A stretch of 64,000 nt of DNA from an uncultured Alphaproteobacteria bacterium (GTDB lineage Bacteria > Pseudomonadota > Alphaproteobacteria > HIMB59 > GCA-002718135), in assembly GCA_902518895.1 (NCBI GenBank), contig CABYHL010000001.1, forward strand, positions 10,423-74,422. The letters are read 5' to 3'. Each line of letters begins with the position of its first letter. The stretch's first letter is position 1. Shown piece by piece: positions 43,733-52,854 of this stretch. The notes below the pieces were generated by a model. It had not been told where the DNA came from. It worked only from the letters and a program-made list of their open reading frames with translations, and searched no databases. Both the position numbers and the translations under genes were made by a program.

Positions 43733-46686
43733 AGACAAGAAGAATAGATAACTATGGAAAAATTAATAGAGATAAAATTTTATCCTTTAGCTGGGATAAA
43801 AAAAATTACAAAGGTTTTGAAGGAGATACTCTAGCATCAGCATTACTTGCAAATAATATTGGTATAGTTGGTAGAAGTTTTAAATATCATAGACCAAGGG
43901 GAATATTTTCTAGTGGAGTCGAGGAATCTGGTGCTTTAGTTACTATTGGTTCAAAAGATAGAAGAGATCCAAATGTAAGAGCAACAACACAAGAATTATA
44001 TAATGGTTTGGAAGCAAGTGGTCAAAATGCATTTCCAAATGTAAATTTTGATCTAGCTGGAATAAATAATTACTTAGGTAGGTTTTTTGCAGCTGGTTTT
44101 TATTATAAAACTTTTATGGGAATACCTCCACTTGAATGGGGTAAAGGAACAGCCATATGGATGTTTTTTGAAAAGTTTATTAGAAAAGCTGCGGGAATGG
44201 GAAGTGCTTCTGGGTTACCCGATCCAGATACTTATGAGCACGCTCATGATTTTTGTGATTTAATTGTTGTAGGATCAGGACCTGCTGGTGTTGCAGCTGC
44301 AATAGAGGCAGCAGAAAAAAAATTAGATGTTATTTTAGTTGAGCAAGATAGTCTTATTGGAGGAAATCAACTTGCAGAAAATGATTTTGATAACTCACAA
44401 ATTAAAAATCAACTTGAAAATCTAGGCATAAAAATAATGACTAGAACTACTGCATTCGGATTATATGATAATTGCGTTGTTGGTTTATTAGAGAGAGTAA
44501 CAGACCATATATCAGCACCAAATGTAAACATTCCACGCCAAAGATTTTGGACCATTAGAGCAAAGCATATAATTGTTGGTGCTGGAGCAATTGAAAGACA
44601 CATTGCATTTAATAATAATGATATTCCTGGTGTAATGACCGTAAATGCATCAAAGCATTATTTGAATAGATATGGTGTACTCACTGGAAAAAGTATTGTG
44701 ATAGCTACAAATAATGATTCTGTTTATGAAACAGCACATCAATTATCAGAAGCTGGGGCTAATGTAACTGTTCTTGATTCACGAACTAATTTTGAAATTG
44801 AGACAAATAAAAGTTTTGAAATTAGAAAAGGGTATGTGCCTTATAATATTAATGGTTCAAAAAAAATTGATAGTTTAGATATATCAAAAAGTGAAATTAT
44901 TAATAAATCTGAAACTATAAATTGTGATCAGGTTCTATTATCAGGTGGCTGGTCACCTGCTGTACATTTGTTATCTCACAGAGGTGTAAAGCCTAAATGG
45001 GATTATAACAATGCTTGTTTTTTACCAAGTGACACAAAAGAAAATATTACAATGGTAGGTTCTTCTAGAGGTTTATGGAATAAAAATGATTGTATTGCTT
45101 CTGGGATAGCAGGAACTACTAGTGTGTTGAACCGTTTAGGTATTTCTAAAACAAATTATTTTTTCCCAAAACCTGGTGGATGGAAAAATCCCATACAACC
45201 ACTTTATGAAGTAAAATATAAAAAATCTAGATCAAAAAGTTTTGTAGATTATCAACATGATGTAACGACAGATGATGTAAGACTCGCACATCGTGAAGGT
45301 TTCATTTCGGTAGAGCATCTTAAAAGATACACAACTTTAGGTATGGCAAACGATCAAGGAAAAATGGGAAATATCATTGGATTATCTTTAATGGCTGAAC
45401 TTTTAAATAAAGAAATTCCAGAAGTTGGAACTACTGTTTTTAGACCTCCTTATACTCCTGTATCTATAGGTGCCTTAAGCGGAAGAAATGTTGGAAAACA
45501 TTTTAGGCCGTTAAGAGTAACGCCAATGCATCAATGGAATATTGATCATGGTGCAAAAATGATTGAAGTTGGATTGTATCAAAGACCTTGGTATTATCCC
45601 AAAGAAAATGAAACTTTAAGTGACTCTTATATAAGAGAGGCATCAACAGTAAGAAAAACAGTTGGAATTTGTGATGTAACATCACTAGGCAAAATTGCTA
45701 TTCAAGGACCAGACTCTACCGAATTTTTAAATAGAATTTATTCGAATGGTTTTTCAAAACTACAAGTTGGAAAAGCTAGATATGGTATCATGTTGCGTGA
45801 TGACGGTATTGTAATGGATGATGGCACATCTTGGAGATTAGCAGAAAATGAATATTTTATGACGACGTCTACAGGTGAAGCTGCAAAAGTGATGTCATGG
45901 TTAGAAGAATTACTTCAAACTAGATGGACAGATCTTAATGTTAATGTGACTAGTGTTTCTGAACAATGGGCAGGCGTATCAGTTGCAGGACCTAAATCTA
46001 GAGAAGTTCTCAATAATTGTGTCGATGATTCTTTTGTTATAACTAATAATAACTTACCTTTTATGGGTGTTACTTCAACATTTCTTAAAGGTAATATTCC
46101 TTGTAGAATTGCAAGAATTAGTTTCTCAGGTGAATTAGCTTTTGAAGTTTATGTCAAATCAGATTTTGCTAATACAATGATGGACTTACTTTGGGAAAAT
46201 GCAAAAAAATATGATGGATGTTTATATGGATTAGAAGCTTTAGGTGCACTTAGAGTTGAAAAAGGTCATGTAACAGCTGCTGAGCTTGATGGAAGAGTAA
46301 CTATTGATGATGCAGGTTTAAGCAAAATGGCATCTACAAAAAAATCATATATTGGAAGCGCAATGAGAAAACGAGGAGTATTAAAAAATAATGATCGAGA
46401 AATTCTTGTAGGTTTCTTTCCTGTAAAATTAAAGGAAACTTTTAATGCTGGAACTATTGTCTGTGAAAAAAATAATATTAAAGGACAGGGTATCGGAAGA
46501 ATTACCTCAGTTACTTATTCTCCAGAACTTGGACATTGGATTGGATTAGGTTTTGTCAAGGGTGGTTTAGATAAATGGAAAGATACTAATTTAGTTGGGG
46601 CAGATCCTGTAAGAAATAAACAAATCAATTTAAAAGTTGTTTCACCACATATGATTGATCCTAAAGGAGAACGAATGTATGCATAG
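43729..46686 (+). CDS. soxA: Sarcosine oxidase-type subunit alpha (GcvT-like THF domain)
   Basis: GDTLASALLAN, RSFKYHRPRG, EHLKRYTT.GM..DQGK, DV..LGKI, ISFSGELAFE. Confidence 0.93.
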   Translation: MKTRRIDNYGKINRDKILSFSWDKKNYKGFEGDTLASALLANNIGIVGRSFKYHRPRGIFSSGVEESGALVTIGSKDRRDPNVRATTQELYNGLEASGQNAFPNVNFDLAGINNYLGRFFAAGFYYKTFMGIPPLEWGKGTAIWMFFEKFIRKAAGMGSASGLPDPDTYEHAHDFCDLIVVGSGPAGVAAAIEAAEKKLDVILVEQDSLIGGNQLAENDFDNSQIKNQLENLGIKIMTRTTAFGLYDNCVVGLLERVTDHISAPNVNIPRQRFWTIRAKHIIVGAGAIERHIAFNNNDIPGVMTVNASKHYLNRYGVLTGKSIVIATNNDSVYETAHQLSEAGANVTVLDSRTNFEIETNKSFEIRKGYVPYNINGSKKIDSLDISKSEIINKSETINCDQVLLSGGWSPAVHLLSHRGVKPKWDYNNACFLPSDTKENITMVGSSRGLWNKNDCIASGIAGTTSVLNRLGISKTNYFFPKPGGWKNPIQPLYEVKYKKSRSKSFVDYQHDVTTDDVRLAHREGFISVEHLKRYTTLGMANDQGKMGNIIGLSLMAELLNKEIPEVGTTVFRPPYTPVSIGALSGRNVGKHFRPLRVTPMHQWNIDHGAKMIEVGLYQRPWYYPKENETLSDSYIREASTVRKTVGICDVTSLGKIAIQGPDSTEFLNRIYSNGFSKLQVGKARYGIMLRDDGIVMDDGTSWRLAENEYFMTTSTGEAAKVMSWLEELLQTRWTDLNVNVTSVSEQWAGVSVAGPKSREVLNNCVDDSFVITNNNLPFMGVTSTFLKGNIPCRIARISFSGELAFEVYVKSDFANTMMDLLWENAKKYDGCLYGLEALGALRVEKGHVTAAELDGRVTIDDAGLSKMASTKKSYIGSAMRKRGVLKNNDREILVGFFPVKLKETFNAGTIVCEKNNIKGQGIGRITSVTYSPELGHWIGLGFVKGGLDKWKDTNLVGADPVRNKQINLKVVSPHMIDPKGERMYA

Positions 46687-47242
46687 ACATTCTGCACTAG
46701 AAACAATTTATAAGGTTGGAAAATATTCATCAAGCGGGAAACAATCTCTAACATTTAAAGAATTAAAAAGTTTAGAAATTTTGCAAATTGCTTGTTGGCC
46801 TGACAAAATTGATGAAATGAATAATTTATTATCAAAAGAACTAAAAATTAAAAATATTCCTAGTTTTAATAAAGGGATAATTTTTGAAAATAAATCATTA
46901 TGGAGAATGGAACCTTTGAAATGGTGGCTATTTAATAAAGAAATTAAAATAAGTGAGCAAATCGCAACAACTTTAGATATGTCTCATGCTTTCACAGGTA
47001 TTGAAATTACAGGAGATAATTCATCATTATTTTTAAATAGACATCTTCCAATTGATTTAAGAGCTAGAAATTTTCCAGATCTATCTTCTGCTAGCTCAGC
47101 TATTCATCATGTCAGTGTTAAGCTATTTAAAATAACTTCCAATAACTACTGTCTATATATACCAAGAGGTTTTACTTTATCAATTTGGGAGATCCTTCTT
47201 GAAACAGCGTATCAGTTTGGATACGAAGTATTAGAGAGATAG
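46679..47242 (+). CDS. soxG: Sarcosine oxidase-type subunit gamma
   Basis: LDMSH, PIDLR, PRGF..S.W..L...A..FG; start moved to ATG 46679 with AAGGAG at 46664-46669, overlapping the soxA stop. Confidence 0.85.
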   Translation: MHRHSALETIYKVGKYSSSGKQSLTFKELKSLEILQIACWPDKIDEMNNLLSKELKIKNIPSFNKGIIFENKSLWRMEPLKWWLFNKEIKISEQIATTLDMSHAFTGIEITGDNSSLFLNRHLPIDLRARNFPDLSSASSAIHHVSVKLFKITSNNYCLYIPRGFTLSIWEILLETAYQFGYEVLER

Positions 47243-47316
47243 ATAGATTATCTAAGGGTAACGGAAACTGGTTATAAACTAATTACTAATGTATTTAGCG
47301 ATTTGCATATAGCAAA

Positions 47317-47997
47317 TTAATCATTTGCATCACCACCTCCGGCACCTTTTGACCTAGATTCCTCTGACTCAGGAACAAAAGTTCTAAAAGCTATTTTAGA
47401 TATTTCCTCCCAAGATTCTTTATCAGGATTGATACCCTTAGAGAGCAAGTTATTTATATTTGATGATGGAATATTAATATCTAATTTTTGTTCATTAAAA
47501 ATTTTCTTTGTGAGTAAAAGATCAAAATTTCTTTGATAATTTGTAGAGATAATTTCTCTATTAACCCTAATATTTTCATTTGTTATTTGTGCATCTATTT
47601 TTTGATCTAACAAAAACTGTGAATAGATATTTTTTTTGGCATACTTATAAAGCAAAGGTATTAGGAATATGGGGTCGCTACAATTTTTTAAAGTTAATTT
47701 AAAATTATCCCTTTTATTTATTTTTGATACTAAATAATCAATCAATCCTGGGCCTATGACCAAAAAAGATTTATTTTTACAATCAAACTCATCATTTATT
47801 TTTGACGGATCTATACTGGCATTAGAAGTGTTGTCTAATTCTTCAAGTTTTAATTTTAATAATTTGATCCCATCCAAACCAAATACTTCAAGCCATGTAG
47901 TAATAAATGCAGCATCCTCATCTGATCCATAAGTGAATCCTAATCCTGAAAAAGCTCGTTGTGTATTAGTGTAGACTTCATAGTAAGAATAACTCAC
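47317..47997 (-). CDS. DUF3726-like protein of unknown function (GTG start)
   Basis: N-terminal S..EV...RAF.G.G..G..EDAA..WLE..G; C-terminal W..I..A.RTFVPESE.SR..GAG; GTG at 47997, 5 nt after the upstream stop. Confidence 0.65.
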   Translation of the reverse strand: MSYSYYEVYTNTQRAFSGLGFTYGSDEDAAFITTWLEVFGLDGIKLLKLKLEELDNTSNASIDPSKINDEFDCKNKSFLVIGPGLIDYLVSKINKRDNFKLTLKNCSDPIFLIPLLYKYAKKNIYSQFLLDQKIDAQITNENIRVNREIISTNYQRNFDLLLTKKIFNEQKLDINIPSSNINNLLSKGINPDKESWEEISKIAFRTFVPESEESRSKGAGGGDAND

Positions 47998-48002
47998 AGA
48001 TA

Positions 48003-49667
48003 TTAATATGTACTCATTGTTGCAAAACCCCATTCATCAACATTTTTATTATTCAGATCTGATAAATAAGGGGCTCCAGAAAAAAAACTTACTCTTAACC
48101 ATCTATCTGACTTAGGATCATAACGATTAGCTCCAAAAAAAGATAATTTAAATCTTAACATATCAATTGGCATTGTTTTTTTATCAAGAACATTATCTTG
48201 AACTTCTGAAAAAGGATAATTTTTTAAAGATTGAATTCTCTTAACAACCCCTCTGTATTCTGGGTGCATTAACAAAAATTCACAAATTAATTGATTTTCA
48301 TCTACATTTTTTATTTGCTTAAACAAATCATTAACCATTTTTGCAATTCCTAGATTTTGCTCCAATTCACTTCCTTGTTCATTATATCTTTCACCTAATC
48401 TAGGTTCTAACTTTGCTGCTGAAACATACCAAAATAAATAATTGCTATCTTTATTATTAAAATCAATATTTTTTATCCAAGAATATTTATCACTGATTAT
48501 TTCTTTCAAATCTCCAATAGATTGATTTCCATCAATATCCATTATCTCATCATCTGCCATATCTTCTGCTAACTCTTCTGATATTTGAGGAAACAATTCA
48601 ATTAGTTGTACTCTTGCAATTTCCTTAGTATCATTATTAAAATTCGAGTCACAATAATCTAGAATATCTAACCATTTAAATTTTTGAGAAAGATCTATGT
48701 CATTAATGTAGGAAATATATTTTTTTAAATCTTCAGTAGTTAATTTATTTTTATTAATTTGGAATTCATCACTTGTGTTAACTTCCTCAAGATAACTAAG
48801 AGCTTTATTCAAAAGTTTTTTATATTTTTCAAAAACTATATTATCTAACTCAATTTGAGAAATTTCTTCTAATGTCTTTGTGTACTGTTCCATCCACTTA
48901 TTAATCAACTTTGGATGTTTAATGATAAAAGGTGCCATACCTAAACCTGTTGAATTACCAATACCTAAATGTTGTTTAATTTTTCTATCTAACTTTACTG
49001 CTTTTTTTGGGTTTATTTGCCTTGCTACATGTTCAACTAATTCAATACTAAATTCTCTAATTAAATAAACTGATAACATTTCTGCTCTAAAGGGTTGATT
49101 GAAAATAGTTGTTTTTTTTGTGTTAGTAAAATCTGATAATCCAAATTTACCACTACCATAAACAGCAGTAGTTCTTAGTAAGTACCCAACTTTATTTATT
49201 TCATAAATATCTGGCTGGTTACCATTTGAAAGACAATCGACAACATACTGAAACAATCTTACACTTTTATTTGCTCTGCTAAGAATTAATTCATCTGGAG
49301 AATTGCGACCTGATTCTTGCAGAGGAATTGTTTTTTTTAATCTATTTAGATCTTGCTCAGATAATTTACCTACATGTAACGTATAGGCTGTATCCCATTT
49401 ACTAGCGATAACTCTATCACTTCTATCCTTATCATCTAGGAAAGAAGAGAAACATACAAGTGAATAAGTTTGTTTATTAATAATAATTTCATAAACAACT
49501 GTACCGTAACCATGTTTATCTAAATCAAATTTTGATTTATGTATTTCCCAATTGTCGTTAATCAATCTTCTTAACATACTTCTGGAAAAACTAAGGCGAG
49601 AAGGATAGCGTGAACCCATTCTTGATAGTTTCATGTAGTTATCGTTTTCTCTTACTTTTTGTAACAT
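48003..49667 (-). CDS. Conserved-looking hypothetical protein, 554 aa
   Basis: Long open frame with genome-typical codon usage and motif-like blocks RSDRVIA..WD, RANKSVRLF, GYLLRTTAVYGSGKFG, GIGNSTGLGMAPF, WYVS..KLEPRLG, KLSFFGA. Confidence 0.85.
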   Translation of the reverse strand: MLQKVRENDNYMKLSRMGSRYPSRLSFSRSMLRRLINDNWEIHKSKFDLDKHGYGTVVYEIIINKQTYSLVCFSSFLDDKDRSDRVIASKWDTAYTLHVGKLSEQDLNRLKKTIPLQESGRNSPDELILSRANKSVRLFQYVVDCLSNGNQPDIYEINKVGYLLRTTAVYGSGKFGLSDFTNTKKTTIFNQPFRAEMLSVYLIREFSIELVEHVARQINPKKAVKLDRKIKQHLGIGNSTGLGMAPFIIKHPKLINKWMEQYTKTLEEISQIELDNIVFEKYKKLLNKALSYLEEVNTSDEFQINKNKLTTEDLKKYISYINDIDLSQKFKWLDILDYCDSNFNNDTKEIARVQLIELFPQISEELAEDMADDEIMDIDGNQSIGDLKEIISDKYSWIKNIDFNNKDSNYLFWYVSAAKLEPRLGERYNEQGSELEQNLGIAKMVNDLFKQIKNVDENQLICEFLLMHPEYRGVVKRIQSLKNYPFSEVQDNVLDKKTMPIDMLRFKLSFFGANRYDPKSDRWLRVSFFSGAPYLSDLNNKNVDEWGFATMSTY

Positions 49668-49721
49668 TTATTAAATATGTATAGTTAATTTTGGTTTTTT
49701 CATTAATAGAAGTATTAATCT

Positions 49722-50708
49722 ATGTCAAAAATAAGTGAAGATATATTTCTAATTGATGGATTGGAATATTGTAATTGGAATAGGGAATTATTTGAAAATG
49801 CCCACCACGCTGGATTAACTGCAATCCATGCGACATTAGTGTATTGGGAAAATACTGAAGAGTCTTTCGAAAAAATAAATTATTGGCACCATCTTTTTAA
49901 AGAGCATCATGACATTATTGCTCATGCAAAAACTACCGAAGATATTTTGGCTGCTAAAAAAAATAATAAAGTTGCAATTATTTTTGGTTTTCAAAATTCT
50001 GCTCCTATTGCGAATGATATATTTTTAATTGAAAAATTTTTTGAAGCAGGTGTAAGATTTATGCAACTCACCTATAATAATCAAACCCCACTTGCTGGAG
50101 GATGTTTTGAACCTAAAGACTCAGGTGTTTCACGATTTGGAAAAGCTGTTATTGAAGAAATGAATAGACTTGGCATGATTGTAGATTTAAGTCATGCAGG
50201 AAAGCAAACTTGTCTTGATGCTATTGAAGTCTCAAGTAAACCTGTGGCAATTTCTCATGCTAATCCAAATTTCTTTCATAAATCTAAAAGAAATATTGAT
50301 ACTGATATTTTACAAAAACTTGTTAAAAAAAATGGTTTTATTGGGTTAAGTTTATATCCTTACCATCTTAAAAATTTAGGTGATTGTACCATAGAAGATT
50401 TTTGTGAAATGGTTAAGGAGCTAGTAAACCTAATTGGTGAAGACAATATTGGAATAGGCTCTGATCTTTGTTTAAATTGGCCTGATGATGTAGTTATGTG
50501 GATGAGAAATGGAAAGTGGACCAAAAATATCGACTATGGAGAATCTAAAGATAAAAATCCAAAATGGCCTAAGTTACCAAGTTGGTATAAGCAACCAAGT
50601 GACTTAAATAATTTATTTTATTTAATGTGTGAAAATAATATTCCAGAAAAAGTTTCTACAAAAATAATAGGTCAGAATTGGTTTAACTTCATGAAAAATC
50701 AATTTTAG
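49722..50708 (+). CDS. M19 membrane-dipeptidase-family protein, atypical subfamily
   Basis: IDGLEYCNW, GFQN, MQLTYN, EMNRLGMIVDLSH, SHAN, RN..D, GIGSD. Confidence 0.85.
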   Translation: MSKISEDIFLIDGLEYCNWNRELFENAHHAGLTAIHATLVYWENTEESFEKINYWHHLFKEHHDIIAHAKTTEDILAAKKNNKVAIIFGFQNSAPIANDIFLIEKFFEAGVRFMQLTYNNQTPLAGGCFEPKDSGVSRFGKAVIEEMNRLGMIVDLSHAGKQTCLDAIEVSSKPVAISHANPNFFHKSKRNIDTDILQKLVKKNGFIGLSLYPYHLKNLGDCTIEDFCEMVKELVNLIGEDNIGIGSDLCLNWPDDVVMWMRNGKWTKNIDYGESKDKNPKWPKLPSWYKQPSDLNNLFYLMCENNIPEKVSTKIIGQNWFNFMKNQF

Positions 50709-51568
50709 TTTCTACGACTAATAAAAGAAGCTGATAGCAAACTTATTATTACAATCGAAGCACCAATCATTTGATAAATTTCTAAATTTTCTTTTAATAA
50801 AAAAACAGCTCCAAGAACACCGACCACTGGTTCTAAATACAAAAATAAAGCGGTATATGATTGTCCAATCTTTGGGATAGCAATTAATTGTGATAAAAGT
50901 GCAAAGCTATAACACACCGAAGGAATCAAAATTAAAAGATAAATATTGATATCAAAATTAAAATTTAAAGAAAAAAATATTTTTAATATTACAAAGAAGA
51001 AAAAAGTATTAAAAAAATTTATAAAGATATTAATTGGTATTGGTGAAATACCTTTAAAAGACATTTTTTGATTTACTATAATCATACTAGTTGACCCAAG
51101 TGATGCAAGAAAAGCTAAAAGAATACCTACTATATTTATGACTTTAAAAGATGGTCCTATAACTAAAACAATTCCTAAAAATGTTACAAAAAAGAGAATC
51201 TTTACAGTTAATGAAATTTTTTCTTTATCGACAATAATAGAAAATAGAAGAACATATATTGGATAGAGGCAAAAAATAAGAATTGTTAAACTAACTTCAA
51301 TAAATATAACTGAAGTCAATAATCCAAGCGTTAATAATATTGAACCCGCTGATATAGATAAAAAGTATTTGAGGTTCTTTTTAAAAATTTCTAATAGATT
51401 CTTTTGATATGGGATAAAAGGTACTATAATTATCGAAGCAACTGCGTAACGTAAAAAAATAGTTAATGCTACAGAGGCTCCTGAATTATATGCTATTTTT
51501 GTAGTAGGGCCAATTAAGCCAAACAAAATTCCAGCAACTAAAGCAAAAATAACTCCAAATATGAACAT
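50705..51568 (-). CDS. DMT/EamA-family transporter
   Basis: About 10 TM helices in two repeats; LRY, Y.EPV..L.E.L...Q..G. Confidence 0.85.
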   Translation of the reverse strand: MFIFGVIFALVAGILFGLIGPTTKIAYNSGASVALTIFLRYAVASIIIVPFIPYQKNLLEIFKKNLKYFLSISAGSILLTLGLLTSVIFIEVSLTILIFCLYPIYVLLFSIIVDKEKISLTVKILFFVTFLGIVLVIGPSFKVINIVGILLAFLASLGSTSMIIVNQKMSFKGISPIPINIFINFFNTFFFFVILKIFFSLNFNFDINIYLLILIPSVCYSFALLSQLIAIPKIGQSYTALFLYLEPVVGVLGAVFLLKENLEIYQMIGASIVIISLLSASFISRRN

Positions 51569-51584
51569 TTTTTTAAATTAACTT

Positions 51585-51613
51585 TTGACTATTTGTTTTC
51601 ATGCAGTTATTCA
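51585..51613 (+). promoter_or_regulatory. Putative sigma70 promoter for the ABC transporter operon
   Basis: TTGACT (51585-51590)-N17-TATTCA (51608-51613), 21 nt before ATG 51635. Confidence 0.55.
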
Positions 51614-51634
51614 AGCTTCATTACAAAATATATT

Positions 51635-52723
51635 ATGAATGACACATCTCAAAGTTTCGTTAAATTTGAAAAGATAGATAAAAGTTATGATGGAGAAGTA
51701 CTAGTAGTAAAAAACTTAAACTTGGACATTGCTAAGGGTGAATTTGTAACAATGTTAGGTCCATCAGGGTCAGGTAAAACAACAACTTTGATGATGTTAG
51801 CTGGTTTTGAAACTCCTACAAATGGTGAAATATTTTTAGATACTAAACCAATAAGTAAAATACCTCCTTATGAAAGAGAAATTGGAATGGTATTTCAAAA
51901 CTATGCTTTATTTCCCCATATGACTGTTGCGGAAAATTTATCATTCCCTCTAGAAGTGAGAAAAATTTCAAAACCAGATATTAAAGAAAAAGTGCAGAAA
52001 GCTCTTGATATGGTAGAGTTAGGTAATTTTGGTACTAGATTTCCTGCTCAATTATCTGGTGGACAACAACAAAGAGTTGCTTTGGCAAGAGCGCTTGTAT
52101 TTGAACCTCGCCTAGTATTAATGGACGAACCTTTAGGTGCACTCGATAAGAATTTACGTGAACAGATGCAATACGAAATAAAACATATTCATGATAGAAT
52201 TGGCATAACAGTTGTGTATGTTACTCATGACCAAAGTGAAGCATTAACAATGTCCAATAGAATTGCAGTATTCAATGATGGAGTTGTACAACAATTGTCT
52301 ACACCTGATATCTTGTATGAAAAACCTGAAAATTCTTTTGTTGCAAAATTTATAGGTGAAAATAATACACTTAATGGTGTTGTTAGGGAAGTGAATGGAT
52401 CATCATGTACTGTTGAATTGGATGGTGGTTTTGGAATGGTGAAAGCATTAAAAATTAATGTGAATGAAGTTGGAGAAAAAACCCAACTATCTATAAGACC
52501 AGAACGTGTTTCAATTGATAAAACAACATCTGACTCCAACAATTTTTCAGGTAAAATTGAAGAACTAATTTACCTAGGAGATCACATCAGAGCTAGGCTT
52601 GATGTTTGTGGTAATAATGAGTTTATAGTCAAGGTTCCAAATGAAGGAAGTTTTAATCATAAAGAGGGTGATGAACTTAAATTAAGCTGGAATTCTGAAG
52701 ATGTTCGAGCATTAGATCTATAA
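51635..52723 (+). CDS. potA: ABC transporter ATP-binding subunit, PotA-type with TOBE domain
   Basis: GPSGSGKT, MVFQNYALFPHM, LSGGQQQR, MDEPLGALD, VTHDQ; start moved to ATG 51635. Confidence 0.9.
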   Translation: MNDTSQSFVKFEKIDKSYDGEVLVVKNLNLDIAKGEFVTMLGPSGSGKTTTLMMLAGFETPTNGEIFLDTKPISKIPPYEREIGMVFQNYALFPHMTVAENLSFPLEVRKISKPDIKEKVQKALDMVELGNFGTRFPAQLSGGQQQRVALARALVFEPRLVLMDEPLGALDKNLREQMQYEIKHIHDRIGITVVYVTHDQSEALTMSNRIAVFNDGVVQQLSTPDILYEKPENSFVAKFIGENNTLNGVVREVNGSSCTVELDGGFGMVKALKINVNEVGEKTQLSIRPERVSIDKTTSDSNNFSGKIEELIYLGDHIRARLDVCGNNEFIVKVPNEGSFNHKEGDELKLSWNSEDVRALDL

Positions 52724-52815
52724 TTATACTTTTTTCTATATATTTAGCCAAAATTTTTTACTTTTACCCCTTTTTTTTCATTTAACGACATGTTATTACA
52801 AGAGCATTACAGACA

Positions 52816-52829
52816 TAATCTTAAGATTA
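52816..52829. promoter_or_regulatory. Perfect 14-bp palindrome upstream of the SBP gene
   Basis: TAATCTTAAGATTA. Confidence 0.3.
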
Positions 52830-52854
52830 AATAATTAAAAATAGGAGGATATAT

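Noticed and set aside
47240-47317. Small hairpins between soxG and DUF3726 (tagata-gat-tatcta; atttgc-atata-gcaaat) as a terminator or sRNA
   Set aside because: 6-bp AT-rich stems with no U-tract are expected by chance
49702-49719. Inverted repeat ATTAATA-GAAG-TATTAAT before the M19 gene
   Set aside because: All-A/T arms in a very AT-rich genome; not distinguishable from chance without comparative data
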